Shown: one piece after another, positions 1 to 8,881 of the stretch
How the letters are laid out: the number at the start of each line of letters is the position of its first letter
Numbering within the stretch: the first letter of the stretch is position 1
Assembly (NCBI GenBank): GCA_965372795.1
Contig: CBDVDR010000003.1
Coordinates: 1-64,000 of the forward strand
DNA: 64,000 nt
Direction: 5' to 3'
Origin: an uncultured bacterium
Lineage (GTDB): Bacteria; Zixibacteria; MSB-5A5; GN15; FEB-12
The notes under the pieces: model-generated
The model's database searches: none
The model's input: only the letters and a program-made list of their open reading frames with translations
Told to the model about the DNA's origin: nothing
Position numbers and translations under genes: made by a program

Positions 1-22
1 AGGTAATTAGTTTGGTTTTCAT
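1..22 (-). CDS. 5' end of a CDS running off the left edge (MKTKLIT...), probably another secreted protein of the array
   Basis: ATG at 22 on the minus strand with a GAGG SD-like element upstream; MKTK-type signal n-region; same orientation as the array. Confidence 0.5.
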
Positions 23-107
23 TTTATTCAGCCTCTTTTTTAATAGTTATAATTTTTGGTTTTAAAATTACCAAGTTGTGTTTTTCTGTTTTTTTGATTC
101 TCTATGC

Positions 108-941
108 TTATTCATAAATAAAAGCTTTTTTATTCATACTACTCTCAAACACAGTAATATTTATAAAATCATTTATCACAGTAACAGAATCTTTAACATT
201 TTCAATTTCAGCCGGTGGAATATGCATTAAGGCTATTTCTTTTGGCTTAATAAATGTTTCAGTAAATTCTCGCTCTTCTTTTGTGCTCCAAAAACCATAG
301 ACATTCAAGAAAGCCAAATCAATAGATTCATTCTGTAATTGTAACTTTTCAAACTCAACCAATGCAGAGCCATTAGAATCTCCGGAATGAAATACTGTTA
401 GCTTATCAATATCAATTAAGTATCCAACGTTTTCAATTTGTGGGCGTGAGTCGTGTTGTATGAAAAAAGATCTTACTCTTATCCCTTGAATCGTAGTGTC
501 ATTGTTTTCTGGATTGATTTTATCCAATGTTACGATTTGATTCTCAAACTTTTTATAATCGGGATGTTTTGAAATTGCATTGGTTACTTTTGGTGGTGCT
601 ATTAGAATGTTATCAGAACCTTTAATAAGATACGGCACAACCATTAAAGCGTTGAAATGATCTCCATGATCGTGTGTAATTAACATTAAGTTTGCATTAT
701 TAAAAGGCTCCTGTTGATTTACTATATCAGATACAATAGAACGTGAAGGGACTAAATAATTACCCCAACCTTCGCTAAATAAAGCGTCGATTATTATTTT
801 TTTACCACTGCTTTCAATCAGAAAGCCCTCATTCGCAATATATGTAACATCAATCTCTTTTTGCCCGGAACAAGATGAAAACATAATATTTGCTAATATT
901 AAGAGTGTAATAAATACTTTTCGTTTCATTTTATAATTCAT
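108..941 (-). CDS. MBL-fold metallo-hydrolase lipoprotein
   Basis: THDHGDH (HxHxDH) motif, FHSGD motif, lipobox-like FSSC. Confidence 0.85.
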   Translation of the reverse strand: MNYKMKRKVFITLLILANIMFSSCSGQKEIDVTYIANEGFLIESSGKKIIIDALFSEGWGNYLVPSRSIVSDIVNQQEPFNNANLMLITHDHGDHFNALMVVPYLIKGSDNILIAPPKVTNAISKHPDYKKFENQIVTLDKINPENNDTTIQGIRVRSFFIQHDSRPQIENVGYLIDIDKLTVFHSGDSNGSALVEFEKLQLQNESIDLAFLNVYGFWSTKEEREFTETFIKPKEIALMHIPPAEIENVKDSVTVINDFINITVFESSMNKKAFIYE

Positions 942-1010
942 TCTTTTTTCCTTTAAAGTTTTTGTCCTGTTGAGTTTATTAAAACCATCTATTAATTTTG
1001 TCCAATTACT
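919..1010. repeat. Imperfect direct repeat copy 1 (intergenic leader plus first codons)
   Basis: Core 967-1010 matches 2225-2268 at 40/44 positions; similarity continues through the ATG and first codons. Confidence 0.85.
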
Positions 1011-2202
1011 GTTTATTGTTCAAATCAATCTCATTTAATTCTTTACTTTTATTTAAATCCATCTTTACTACCTTACTGAGCATCTCATTACACACATCTT
1101 CGGTAGAACCAAATTCACGTGAGTTTGTAGCGACAATATATGCCCTGTTTAATTTTGGAGCCACCATAACAGACGTAAACCATATACCGTTGCTACCAGA
1201 ATGGACTAGCACTTTTCCTTTTCCCCAAGACTGTTCTTCCTCTTTTAAAACGCCCCATCCTCCTGCATAAAACCCAATAGGTGTAATTAGTTTATTTAAA
1301 TATTTACTATCTATAACTAGGTTTTCATCATTTAAAAATAGAGATAGAAATTTTGCCCAATCTTCAATGTTACAATGAACTCGACCTGCTGGTCCAAGGG
1401 CTTTTGGATTATCAGTCTGATCTGGTTCCCAATTGTTTCCAAACAATGAATACTCCCATGAATGCCCCCATGGCTGATCTATCTGATTGTGCGTATTCGG
1501 AGCCCCAAAACCAGCTGAAGACATACCCAATGGATCAAACACCCGTTGTCTAATCAAAACTTCCCAGCTCATGCCTGTAATTTTTTCCGCCATACAAGCG
1601 GCGATCATGTAACCTAAATTTGAATAATGGAACTCACCAATATCATTTGAAGCAGCTAACGAAAGATTATCATTTAAGATTGCCAAACGTCTCTCTATGA
1701 TCTCTTTCTCAGTATGTGCTGACCAATCACTTGGATTTTTATGAAGACCTGTACGATGGGTAAGAAATTGCCAAAGGGTAGCATTCTGAAAATCAGGATG
1801 GATAATTTTTTCAAGCTCAGGTATTACATCAATCAATTTTGATTTCCAGCTTAACTTTCCTTCTGCTACTAAAGTGGCAAGCATTACACTCGTCATTACT
1901 TTGGTGCAAGAGCCCAGATGTATATTATCATCAGTGGTAAACAAAATATCAGAACCTGCTTTACGAACACCTGCCGAGGCAATTGCAATGACACTATCAC
2001 TTGAAATAATAGCCGCAATCATTCCGGGTGCATTACCATCATTTACAATTTCAGAAAGCGCATCGCTAATTGCTTTGGATTTATTTAACTCCGGCTTTAC
2101 TTGCGAATAAATAGTTTGAGTAAAAGCCAAAATCATGATCAGTGAGATCATGATCTGACTTAAGTAGAGAAAATATATCTTTCGTTTAGATTGATAATTC
2201 AT
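1006..2202 (-). CDS. Serine hydrolase, beta-lactamase/AmpC-like family, secreted
   Basis: SCTK (SxxK), YSN and HSG motifs; start moved to MNYQSK (ATG 2202, GAGG SD). Confidence 0.9.
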   Translation of the reverse strand: MNYQSKRKIYFLYLSQIMISLIMILAFTQTIYSQVKPELNKSKAISDALSEIVNDGNAPGMIAAIISSDSVIAIASAGVRKAGSDILFTTDDNIHLGSCTKVMTSVMLATLVAEGKLSWKSKLIDVIPELEKIIHPDFQNATLWQFLTHRTGLHKNPSDWSAHTEKEIIERRLAILNDNLSLAASNDIGEFHYSNLGYMIAACMAEKITGMSWEVLIRQRVFDPLGMSSAGFGAPNTHNQIDQPWGHSWEYSLFGNNWEPDQTDNPKALGPAGRVHCNIEDWAKFLSLFLNDENLVIDSKYLNKLITPIGFYAGGWGVLKEEEQSWGKGKVLVHSGSNGIWFTSVMVAPKLNRAYIVATNSREFGSTEDVCNEMLSKVVKMDLNKSKELNEIDLNNKQ

Positions 2203-2268
2203 TTTTTTCCTCAAATTTACTATTCTGTTAAGTTTATTAAAACCAATTATTAATTTTGTCCATTTACT
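2180..2268. repeat. Imperfect direct repeat copy 2
   Basis: Matches 919-1010. Confidence 0.85.
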
Positions 2269-2480
2269 AAACGTGAGTGGTTTGAAGAATAAGGACGGGT
2301 GGCACACCTTTGGGGTGTGGGAATTTTCATAGAGAACATTGAGACAATTCCTGAAGCAAAAACCAATGGCGTATCTCCAGGTAGTGGCTGACCTAGGTAA
2401 TCACCTTTTAAAACAGTGGATTCTTGTGCAAAAACAAGATGACAAAATGAGATTAAAAGAACAAACAATGTTTTTTTCAT
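2250..2480 (-). pseudogene. Truncated N-terminal fragment of a PD40/TolB-like beta-propeller paralogue
   Basis: Signal peptide plus YLGQPLPGDTPLVFASGIVS matches YFGQNPPGMTAEIFAPGIVS of 3522-4436, then similarity stops abruptly. Confidence 0.75.
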
Positions 2481-2481
2481 A

Positions 2482-3513
2482 CTAATTATTTTTAGCGTTG
2501 GTTTGTTTGATTTTCCCCAAAAACCATGTAATCAATTCTACATTATCAACTATTGTCCATGTATGTGGAGATGAACCTTCCTTAAAGCCTCTTCTTTTGT
2601 TATGAGAAGTTATTAATTCAACTTGTTTATTTCCTGCTTGTCTTAAATAGTTGTAAAAACCGACGAGGTCAATACTATTTATGGTGTTGTAGTCTTTTCC
2701 TCTGTTTTCAACCCACCACTTAATATCGGGTTCATGATACATTCTTATGGGAATGTTTTTAAACAAATTTATTTTGCTCCTATTTTCATCAGTATATACA
2801 AAAGGTGAATAACTAATATAGTTTTCCATTGCTTCCAGAGGTGTGCCGCCTAAATGCTTTTTTAAAAAATGTAAAACCCAACGTGCTTCACCGACGGCGT
2901 TTGGATGATAATTATTCTTTATCGCCTGTTGTTGTTCATGCCACATTCTTACCAAATCTAATGGAGCATCACAGAGCGCTATTGCATTGGCTTGAAAACC
3001 AAACTTAGACTTATTCAATGAACAATATTCACTATACCTTAAAGCCATTGTTCCTCCAAGAGACATTCCAATTAGGAATTTAGGTTTGTTTGAAAGCTTA
3101 TGTTTTTTTAAAGCATTCCCAACTAAATCATCAACAGTATTAATTTCTTTATCTGTAAATAAAAATTCTATCACTTTACCGGTGCTTACAAATAGAACAG
3201 CGATATTTTTTTCCAGAGCTGGTTTAATAATTGAAAATTCATCAATTCTTCTTGTTGTGTCTAAAGCCGAGCCACTTAACATGATAATAGTTGCAATTGG
3301 GTTTGCGTTTGGTAAATGCAAGGTATATCCTTGCTTTGAATAAGGTAAAACTGTATTACCCATCTCATCTAATACTTGATTTCCGGATAATTGAATGTAA
3401 CTTTCGATAACATTTTTTGTAAGTTCTTGGTCTTGCTTTGATTGAGCTTGGATCTCTGTTAGACAAAGCCATATGGTTAGAACCACACTAATTTTTAATA
3501 AATAATTTCTCAT
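2482..3513 (-). CDS. Secreted alpha/beta hydrolase
   Basis: GMSLGG nucleophile elbow, C-terminal PHTW His, signal peptide. Confidence 0.8.
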   Translation of the reverse strand: MRNYLLKISVVLTIWLCLTEIQAQSKQDQELTKNVIESYIQLSGNQVLDEMGNTVLPYSKQGYTLHLPNANPIATIIMLSGSALDTTRRIDEFSIIKPALEKNIAVLFVSTGKVIEFLFTDKEINTVDDLVGNALKKHKLSNKPKFLIGMSLGGTMALRYSEYCSLNKSKFGFQANAIALCDAPLDLVRMWHEQQQAIKNNYHPNAVGEARWVLHFLKKHLGGTPLEAMENYISYSPFVYTDENRSKINLFKNIPIRMYHEPDIKWWVENRGKDYNTINSIDLVGFYNYLRQAGNKQVELITSHNKRRGFKEGSSPHTWTIVDNVELITWFLGKIKQTNAKNN

Positions 3514-3521
3514 TAATAATC

Positions 3522-4436
3522 CTATTTATTGTTTAAGTAATCCATTTTTATATCATTAATAATATCTGAACTTACCCAATAAATGTTTGGTAATCCTCCT
3601 TCTTCATTGTATCTACTAAAAAACAGATATTTACCATCTGGAGTAATACTTGGACATGTTTCGTTGAAACTAGAATTTACTCCACTTCCAAGGCTTATTG
3701 GTTTTGTCCATGATCCGTCTTTCTTTTTAAAACAGATGTGAATATCTTTGTCTTTTGTTTTGTCATTATCTTTTCGGGCATCTATCAACATAAAGTCTTG
3801 TAGTGGGGCAATAAAACCGTGGCTACCATATTCAATTCCGACTTCGATTATTTTGGGAAATTTGTCTTTTTTGTTGGGAGCATAATACATTTTTCCTTTT
3901 GAAACATTTTTGTAAAAAAGATCTCCATTCTTCGCAGCATTTGAGTAAAAAACCATATCATTATTTATCGGAGAATCAAGTTCTATTGCCTCATTCCACC
4001 AGTTCTCGGAACGGGTTGCGCACCAGATTTTAACACCCTTAGAATCAGAGGCTGTAAAATAAATCTTTTTACCACTATGATTCACAAACGCCTCCATTTC
4101 ACCCTTTCTTTTTCCATTTGTTAAATTTGCTTTTGTAGGATTTGTCCATTTTTTGTCTTTAAGTTTTGAGAAATATATACTTGAACTTTCGCCTTTTATT
4201 TTGCCAGTAAAATATATTTCTTCTAAATTAGGAGAAAACGAAACACCAAACTCATATCTTCCATTTACTGAAACAATTCCAGGCGCAAAAATTTCCGCGG
4301 TCATTCCTGGTGGGTTTTGCCCAAAATATTTATCGTTCATAATTGAGAATATAGAATCCCTTTTAATAGTTTCTTGAGCAAAGACAGTGTTTAGCGATAT
4401 GACAACTGTCAATATTAATAATTTGGTTGTTTTCAT
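3522..4436 (-). CDS. PD40/TolB-like beta-propeller protein, secreted
   Basis: FSPNLEEIYF, PSITPDGKYLFFS and NIYWV motifs; signal peptide. Confidence 0.8.
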   Translation of the reverse strand: MKTTKLLILTVVISLNTVFAQETIKRDSIFSIMNDKYFGQNPPGMTAEIFAPGIVSVNGRYEFGVSFSPNLEEIYFTGKIKGESSSIYFSKLKDKKWTNPTKANLTNGKRKGEMEAFVNHSGKKIYFTASDSKGVKIWCATRSENWWNEAIELDSPINNDMVFYSNAAKNGDLFYKNVSKGKMYYAPNKKDKFPKIIEVGIEYGSHGFIAPLQDFMLIDARKDNDKTKDKDIHICFKKKDGSWTKPISLGSGVNSSFNETCPSITPDGKYLFFSRYNEEGGLPNIYWVSSDIINDIKMDYLNNK

Positions 4437-4522
4437 GTTTCCATTCTTTTAGTTAATATGCTTGGTAACTAGTATATATGTGCACTTTTTTATACACAAA
4501 TATACCAGCTTATTAATGTGAA

Positions 4523-6343
4523 TTAATCTTCTATTCTTTTACAAATATTGTCCATCCCATGCTGATAAAAAGTCATACTTTCGACTTCTCCAGCTTCATT
4601 TATATTAAATGTAAGTTGAGCATCCAATCCCTCTATAACAAATACATTTTGGGCTATTGGGATTATGGAACCTTCCCCTTGTCCAGTAAGTTGCACTTTC
4701 AATTGACTATCATATTTGTTAATAGTCAGGATTAAGCCCGGCATTAGTTCATATTTACCTACATAACTTTTCAGAATGGCATCTTCAACAGGCACCTCTA
4801 TGATCACTTTTTTCGGTTCAGGTTTTGCATTTAACAACAATCGCCCTACCATAAGATATGTGGGTGGCTCTTGGATGGCATTTTCCGTAACGGGGAAGCC
4901 AGTAATTCCTGCTTCAGCACGCTGACCTGCTTCTCCAACAAAACTGATATTTCCATTTCTATCCGGGTGAATTCTAAATACAAAACTTGAGCCTAAGTAG
5001 GTTGAGAAAAGGAGTTTACTATTTTTAATATCGATTACAGAAACAAAAGGTTTTTTGCGTGCAAAAAATGTGGAATTAAAGGTCTTCTCGCAGGTTGGAT
5101 ACTCTGAATACAAAGCGTTCTCGGTAAGCGGAAAATCTGGAGAACTTGTTGTTCCTCCAATAACAATAGTATCTTTATTTAGAAAATCTGCTGACATGAG
5201 ATGCTCGGCTTCACTTCCTCCAAACAGTGTAGAGTATTCTAAGGTCATATCATCAGAATTAAATACCGATATAAAGCAATCCCGCATACCTTTACCTGTT
5301 TTACTTATAGCATTATCAGTTACCGGGAAATTTTCTTCGGTAGTGGTGCCACATACTATCAATCTGTTTGGCTTGGTCCACTTTATAAATGACAACCCAT
5401 ATCCTTCGGCTGCGAAATAGCTTAAATACGAAATTTTATTGTCTGTTTCGTTTATTTTGGCAATAAAATGATCAGTTCCGCCTTGTACTTTAGGGATAAT
5501 TATTTCTTTTCGAACAGCATTATCAGTTACCGGTAAGTCTGTTGAAAAAGTAGCACCTGATATATAAATATTATCTTTGTCATCAATAGCAAGTCCAGTA
5601 ATCTGTTCCATTATGCTGCTTCCAATGAAAGTGGAAAATAAAAGTTTTTCACCATCGGGACTCAATTTAGAAAGGAAACCATGCATCTGAGTAATTTTTT
5701 TGTCAATGACACCTGTTGTTAGAGGAAAGTCATGAGAACGGGTAACTCCTGCAATAACAATATTACCTTTAGAATCAATCTTAATACCTCCTGATCCTAC
5801 TGTTTCCTCTACTTCACCTCCAATAAATGTAGAAAAAATAATTTCAGTTCCAGTCGGGTTTAATTTAGTTAAGAAAACATCGCCAGCCCAGACTCCTTCA
5901 CCATTGAAACTTGTGTCATAACTTCCTGGTGTAACAGGGAAATCAGATGAATGAGTCCCTCCAGCTAAATAAATAAATCCTGCCTCATCAACTGTTATTG
6001 CGGTATGATGTTCTCTTTTAGTTCCACCTATTAATGTTGCAAATTCAAGTTTTCCATCAGGAGTAAATTTTGCAATAAAAGCATCTGCCTCTCCTTTAAG
6101 TTCTGTTTGATAAGCTCCTTCAGTAGCTGGAAAATTCTTATCTCTGGTATTACCTGAGACAAAAGTATTGCCCTCAGCATCTGAAAAAACATCAAAACCA
6201 GCTCCGAATCTATCGGTGTGTGAAAGATAGGTCGAAAAACCAAGAGTATATACCGTACTATCTGCAGGTTCACTTGTCTGTGCTTGTAGAATTCCATGAC
6301 AAAAAAGAATTCCAATTAAAATAAAACTAATTTTTTTAAACAT
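4523..6343 (-). CDS. SBBP-type beta-propeller repeat protein with C-terminal DUF3471-like domain
   Basis: Repeated T.S.DFP.T..A and D.F.TK...G....FSTFIGG units; C-terminal LKSYVGKYEL...QLTFN domain. Confidence 0.75.
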   Translation of the reverse strand: MFKKISFILIGILFCHGILQAQTSEPADSTVYTLGFSTYLSHTDRFGAGFDVFSDAEGNTFVSGNTRDKNFPATEGAYQTELKGEADAFIAKFTPDGKLEFATLIGGTKREHHTAITVDEAGFIYLAGGTHSSDFPVTPGSYDTSFNGEGVWAGDVFLTKLNPTGTEIIFSTFIGGEVEETVGSGGIKIDSKGNIVIAGVTRSHDFPLTTGVIDKKITQMHGFLSKLSPDGEKLLFSTFIGSSIMEQITGLAIDDKDNIYISGATFSTDLPVTDNAVRKEIIIPKVQGGTDHFIAKINETDNKISYLSYFAAEGYGLSFIKWTKPNRLIVCGTTTEENFPVTDNAISKTGKGMRDCFISVFNSDDMTLEYSTLFGGSEAEHLMSADFLNKDTIVIGGTTSSPDFPLTENALYSEYPTCEKTFNSTFFARKKPFVSVIDIKNSKLLFSTYLGSSFVFRIHPDRNGNISFVGEAGQRAEAGITGFPVTENAIQEPPTYLMVGRLLLNAKPEPKKVIIEVPVEDAILKSYVGKYELMPGLILTINKYDSQLKVQLTGQGEGSIIPIAQNVFVIEGLDAQLTFNINEAGEVESMTFYQHGMDNICKRIED

Positions 6344-6380
6344 AATAGTCTCTTTTCATATTATTTGATTGTTCTTGTGT

Positions 6381-6644
6381 TTAAATTAAATTATCAATTG
6401 GTTTTATTGTGATTTCTTCATCACCTTTGAAGGGGTCATGGCTTGAGTAAAATATATGGTTCTTTACTAAATAGTCGGTATCAAAATTTCGGTTATCAGT
6501 TAGTTTCAGAGTATAAAGGAGTTCATTTGATCTTATTAACAGGCTTAATGACTGTTCGCAATTGCAGTTGTCTTGCGCAAAAGAGGATGAGGGTAAGGCT
6601 ATAACTATAACTATAATTATAAGTGCAATAATACCTTTTTTCAA
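6381..6644 (-). pseudogene. Short secreted-protein remnant, possibly internally deleted
   Basis: Signal peptide plus AQDNCNCEQ, then only about 55 more residues; first ORF after the ECF promoter. Confidence 0.4.
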
Positions 6645-6692
6645 ATTTCCCCTTTTTCCATATAATATTTTTTAAGTTCTCTAATATGTAAG

Positions 6693-6720
6693 TAGACGAC
6701 AGGGTCTGGTATTTGTTTCA
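6693..6720 (-). promoter_or_regulatory. ECF sigma (SigW-like) promoter TGAAAC-N16-CGTCTA
   Basis: Minus strand reads TGAAAC aaataccagaccctgt CGTCTA, 48 nt upstream of the first ORF of the array. Confidence 0.7.
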
Positions 6721-6764
6721 AAAAATAATATTTAAATGGATATTTTATTAGCTTTAATATATTT

Positions 6765-6882
6765 TGCCGCTCTGTAACATTTTCTGCCCATTATGTTGAC
6801 TACTGCTACAACATCAGTCGGATTAGTACCGCTTTGGATTGGCGGTACTATAATGTGGGAACCTATGGCAGTTGTAATTAAT
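6765..6882 (+). pseudogene. C-terminal fragment of an AcrB-family RND transporter
   Basis: FLPIMLTTATTSVGLVPLWIGGTIMWEPMAVVI resembles the RPI.LTT...G.IPL...PMA TM11-12 segment; in-frame stop just upstream, no N-terminal part. Confidence 0.7.
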
Positions 6883-7065
6883 TGCCAAACAATAAGTAGC
6901 GAAAGTACTGAATTTATAATCTGTAATAAAACTAAATGTCATTTAAGAAAACTATCTGGTTACTTTGATCAATTGAAATATTGATCAAAATTAAACTATT
7001 TTATATTTGATTGCCTTTTATAATTATTCTATTCATAACTAGTTGTTTGATATAAGGAGTTTTGA

Positions 7066-7893
7066 ATGCCAATTAAACCAGAGAATTCATACTTATTGGA
7101 TCGTTTTCTTCATATAATAGGAGTTAACAAGCGAAGACCCAGTAACGAAGCATTAACAGAGTTGGTTGCCGCCTATTTGATGCGAGTTCCCTTCGAAAAT
7201 ATTTCCAAGTTATTTTATAAGAAGCGCCACTGTTTGCGGGGATTGCCTGATCTTGAAATTTACATAAACGGAATTGAACGTTATAACTTTGGCGGAACCT
7301 GTTACTCCAATAATTACTACTTTCATCTCCTGCTAAAGTATTTGGGATACAACGTCATGCTGTGCGGAGCAGATATGTCCGATCCTGACGTCCACTTGGT
7401 TAATATTGTGTCGTTGGAAGGACGAGAATTAATAGTTGACGCCGGCTATGGTGCACCGTTTCTGGTGCCACTTCCTCGCGATCTGAAAGAAGATCATATC
7501 ATAGCCTTGGGGCTCGACAGGTATGTGCTAAAACCTCAAGACATGAACGGGAACTCACGTCTTGAACTGTATCGGGACGGACAATATAAGCATGGGTATG
7601 TTGTGAAACCAATATCGCGGGAGATTGAATATTTTAATCGGATCATAGTAGAATCGTTCAGTGACAGCGCTACATTTATGAACGCACTCTTGTTGGTTCG
7701 TTTTTATCCCAACCAATCTATCGTGATACACAATCTTTCTGTTATAAAATCGGAAGGAACGGATTACGATATTCATCAACTAACGAGCCGGAATGAACTT
7801 CCTCCAATTGTGGAAAAGTATTTCTCGATACCTCAGGAAATCGTTTCTGAAGCCATTGCGGAGTTGGGCGAATTTGGCGATGCCTGGAACTGA
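7066..7893 (+). CDS. Arylamine N-acetyltransferase family protein
   Basis: PFENI, GGTCY (Cys), H and DAGYG (Asp) triad motifs; AAGGAG SD. Confidence 0.9.
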   Translation: MPIKPENSYLLDRFLHIIGVNKRRPSNEALTELVAAYLMRVPFENISKLFYKKRHCLRGLPDLEIYINGIERYNFGGTCYSNNYYFHLLLKYLGYNVMLCGADMSDPDVHLVNIVSLEGRELIVDAGYGAPFLVPLPRDLKEDHIIALGLDRYVLKPQDMNGNSRLELYRDGQYKHGYVVKPISREIEYFNRIIVESFSDSATFMNALLLVRFYPNQSIVIHNLSVIKSEGTDYDIHQLTSRNELPPIVEKYFSIPQEIVSEAIAELGEFGDAWN

Positions 7894-8412
7894 ATGACTT
7901 CAATCGGACTATGATGCAAGAAGCTGTCAAAAACGGAAATAATCTTGTACCATATTGGGTTAAAAATTAAAATACAGATATAAATTATTTAATTCCATCA
8001 GGATAAAACCTAATCCTATGTTAAGTAAAATGATAAAACAAGCTATGCCTGCGATCCCCCTCTTGATTAAAACATCTATAACTTTTTTGTTGACAAAAAC
8101 ATAGCTATTCCACTTTTTTATACAAAAAGTAACTTGTTTTATATTAAAAGGTTACATCAATCAATTTGTTAATGATTCATAAGTTTTAATGTGATGCAGA
8201 TATAAAACAAATCAATTATACTAAATCAGTTGATTGAGAACTGTTTATGCTATATATATAAATTCTTATAATTTTGAAGTGTATAAGTTATTAGATGGTA
8301 GTTTTATTGTAATATTTTGCCGATGATATATAATAATATTGATGATTTTAGAGATAGAGATAAGAGTGTTTTTTGAATAAGAATATAAATTTATTTTATA
8401 TTGGGGTGATTT

Positions 8413-8871
8413 ATGACTTATAATCTTCTCAATGAGGAACAATCCGAACCTACAATGTCTGTTCTGGACGAGAACTTGTCGTTCTTGGCGACACAGGCAG
8501 CTTTGGAGTTGGATATGTTGATAGAGGGCAGGGAGACAAAGTTGGAGGCTGTAACTCGTTTATCCAAAGTAATGAGAAGTAGCTTTAAACAAGTTTCGTC
8601 TGGCGGGCAAGGAGCTTTTATGGATCCGGCAACGGCAACAATTGTGAATAGGGCATTTACTGATTCAAGTCTCGCAAAATTGGAAACAGTTGATGAACTA
8701 ATTGAAAGATCTCATGAATTGGCCGAAGAGTTAGCATCGCAGGTTGATCCCAAGCATAGAAATGGTGGACTTCCGGAAATGAAAAGATTTTGCATAGCTC
8801 TGGCACGTTGTTCTTCTGCTTATCGCGAAGCTGTTCTTGGTCATCGTTCCAAGCACCCTTATCGAAAATAA
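8413..8871 (+). CDS. Hypothetical helical protein, first gene of a three-gene cassette
   Basis: 152 aa ORF, GGGGTG SD, 10 nt from the next gene; no family recognised. Confidence 0.75.
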   Translation: MTYNLLNEEQSEPTMSVLDENLSFLATQAALELDMLIEGRETKLEAVTRLSKVMRSSFKQVSSGGQGAFMDPATATIVNRAFTDSSLAKLETVDELIERSHELAEELASQVDPKHRNGGLPEMKRFCIALARCSSAYREAVLGHRSKHPYRK

Positions 8872-8881
8872 GGTATGACAC

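Noticed and set aside
7894..8412. Mobile-element ends or integrase for the dcd cassette
   Set aside because: No transposase or integrase fragment, terminal inverted repeat or target duplication could be identified by eye
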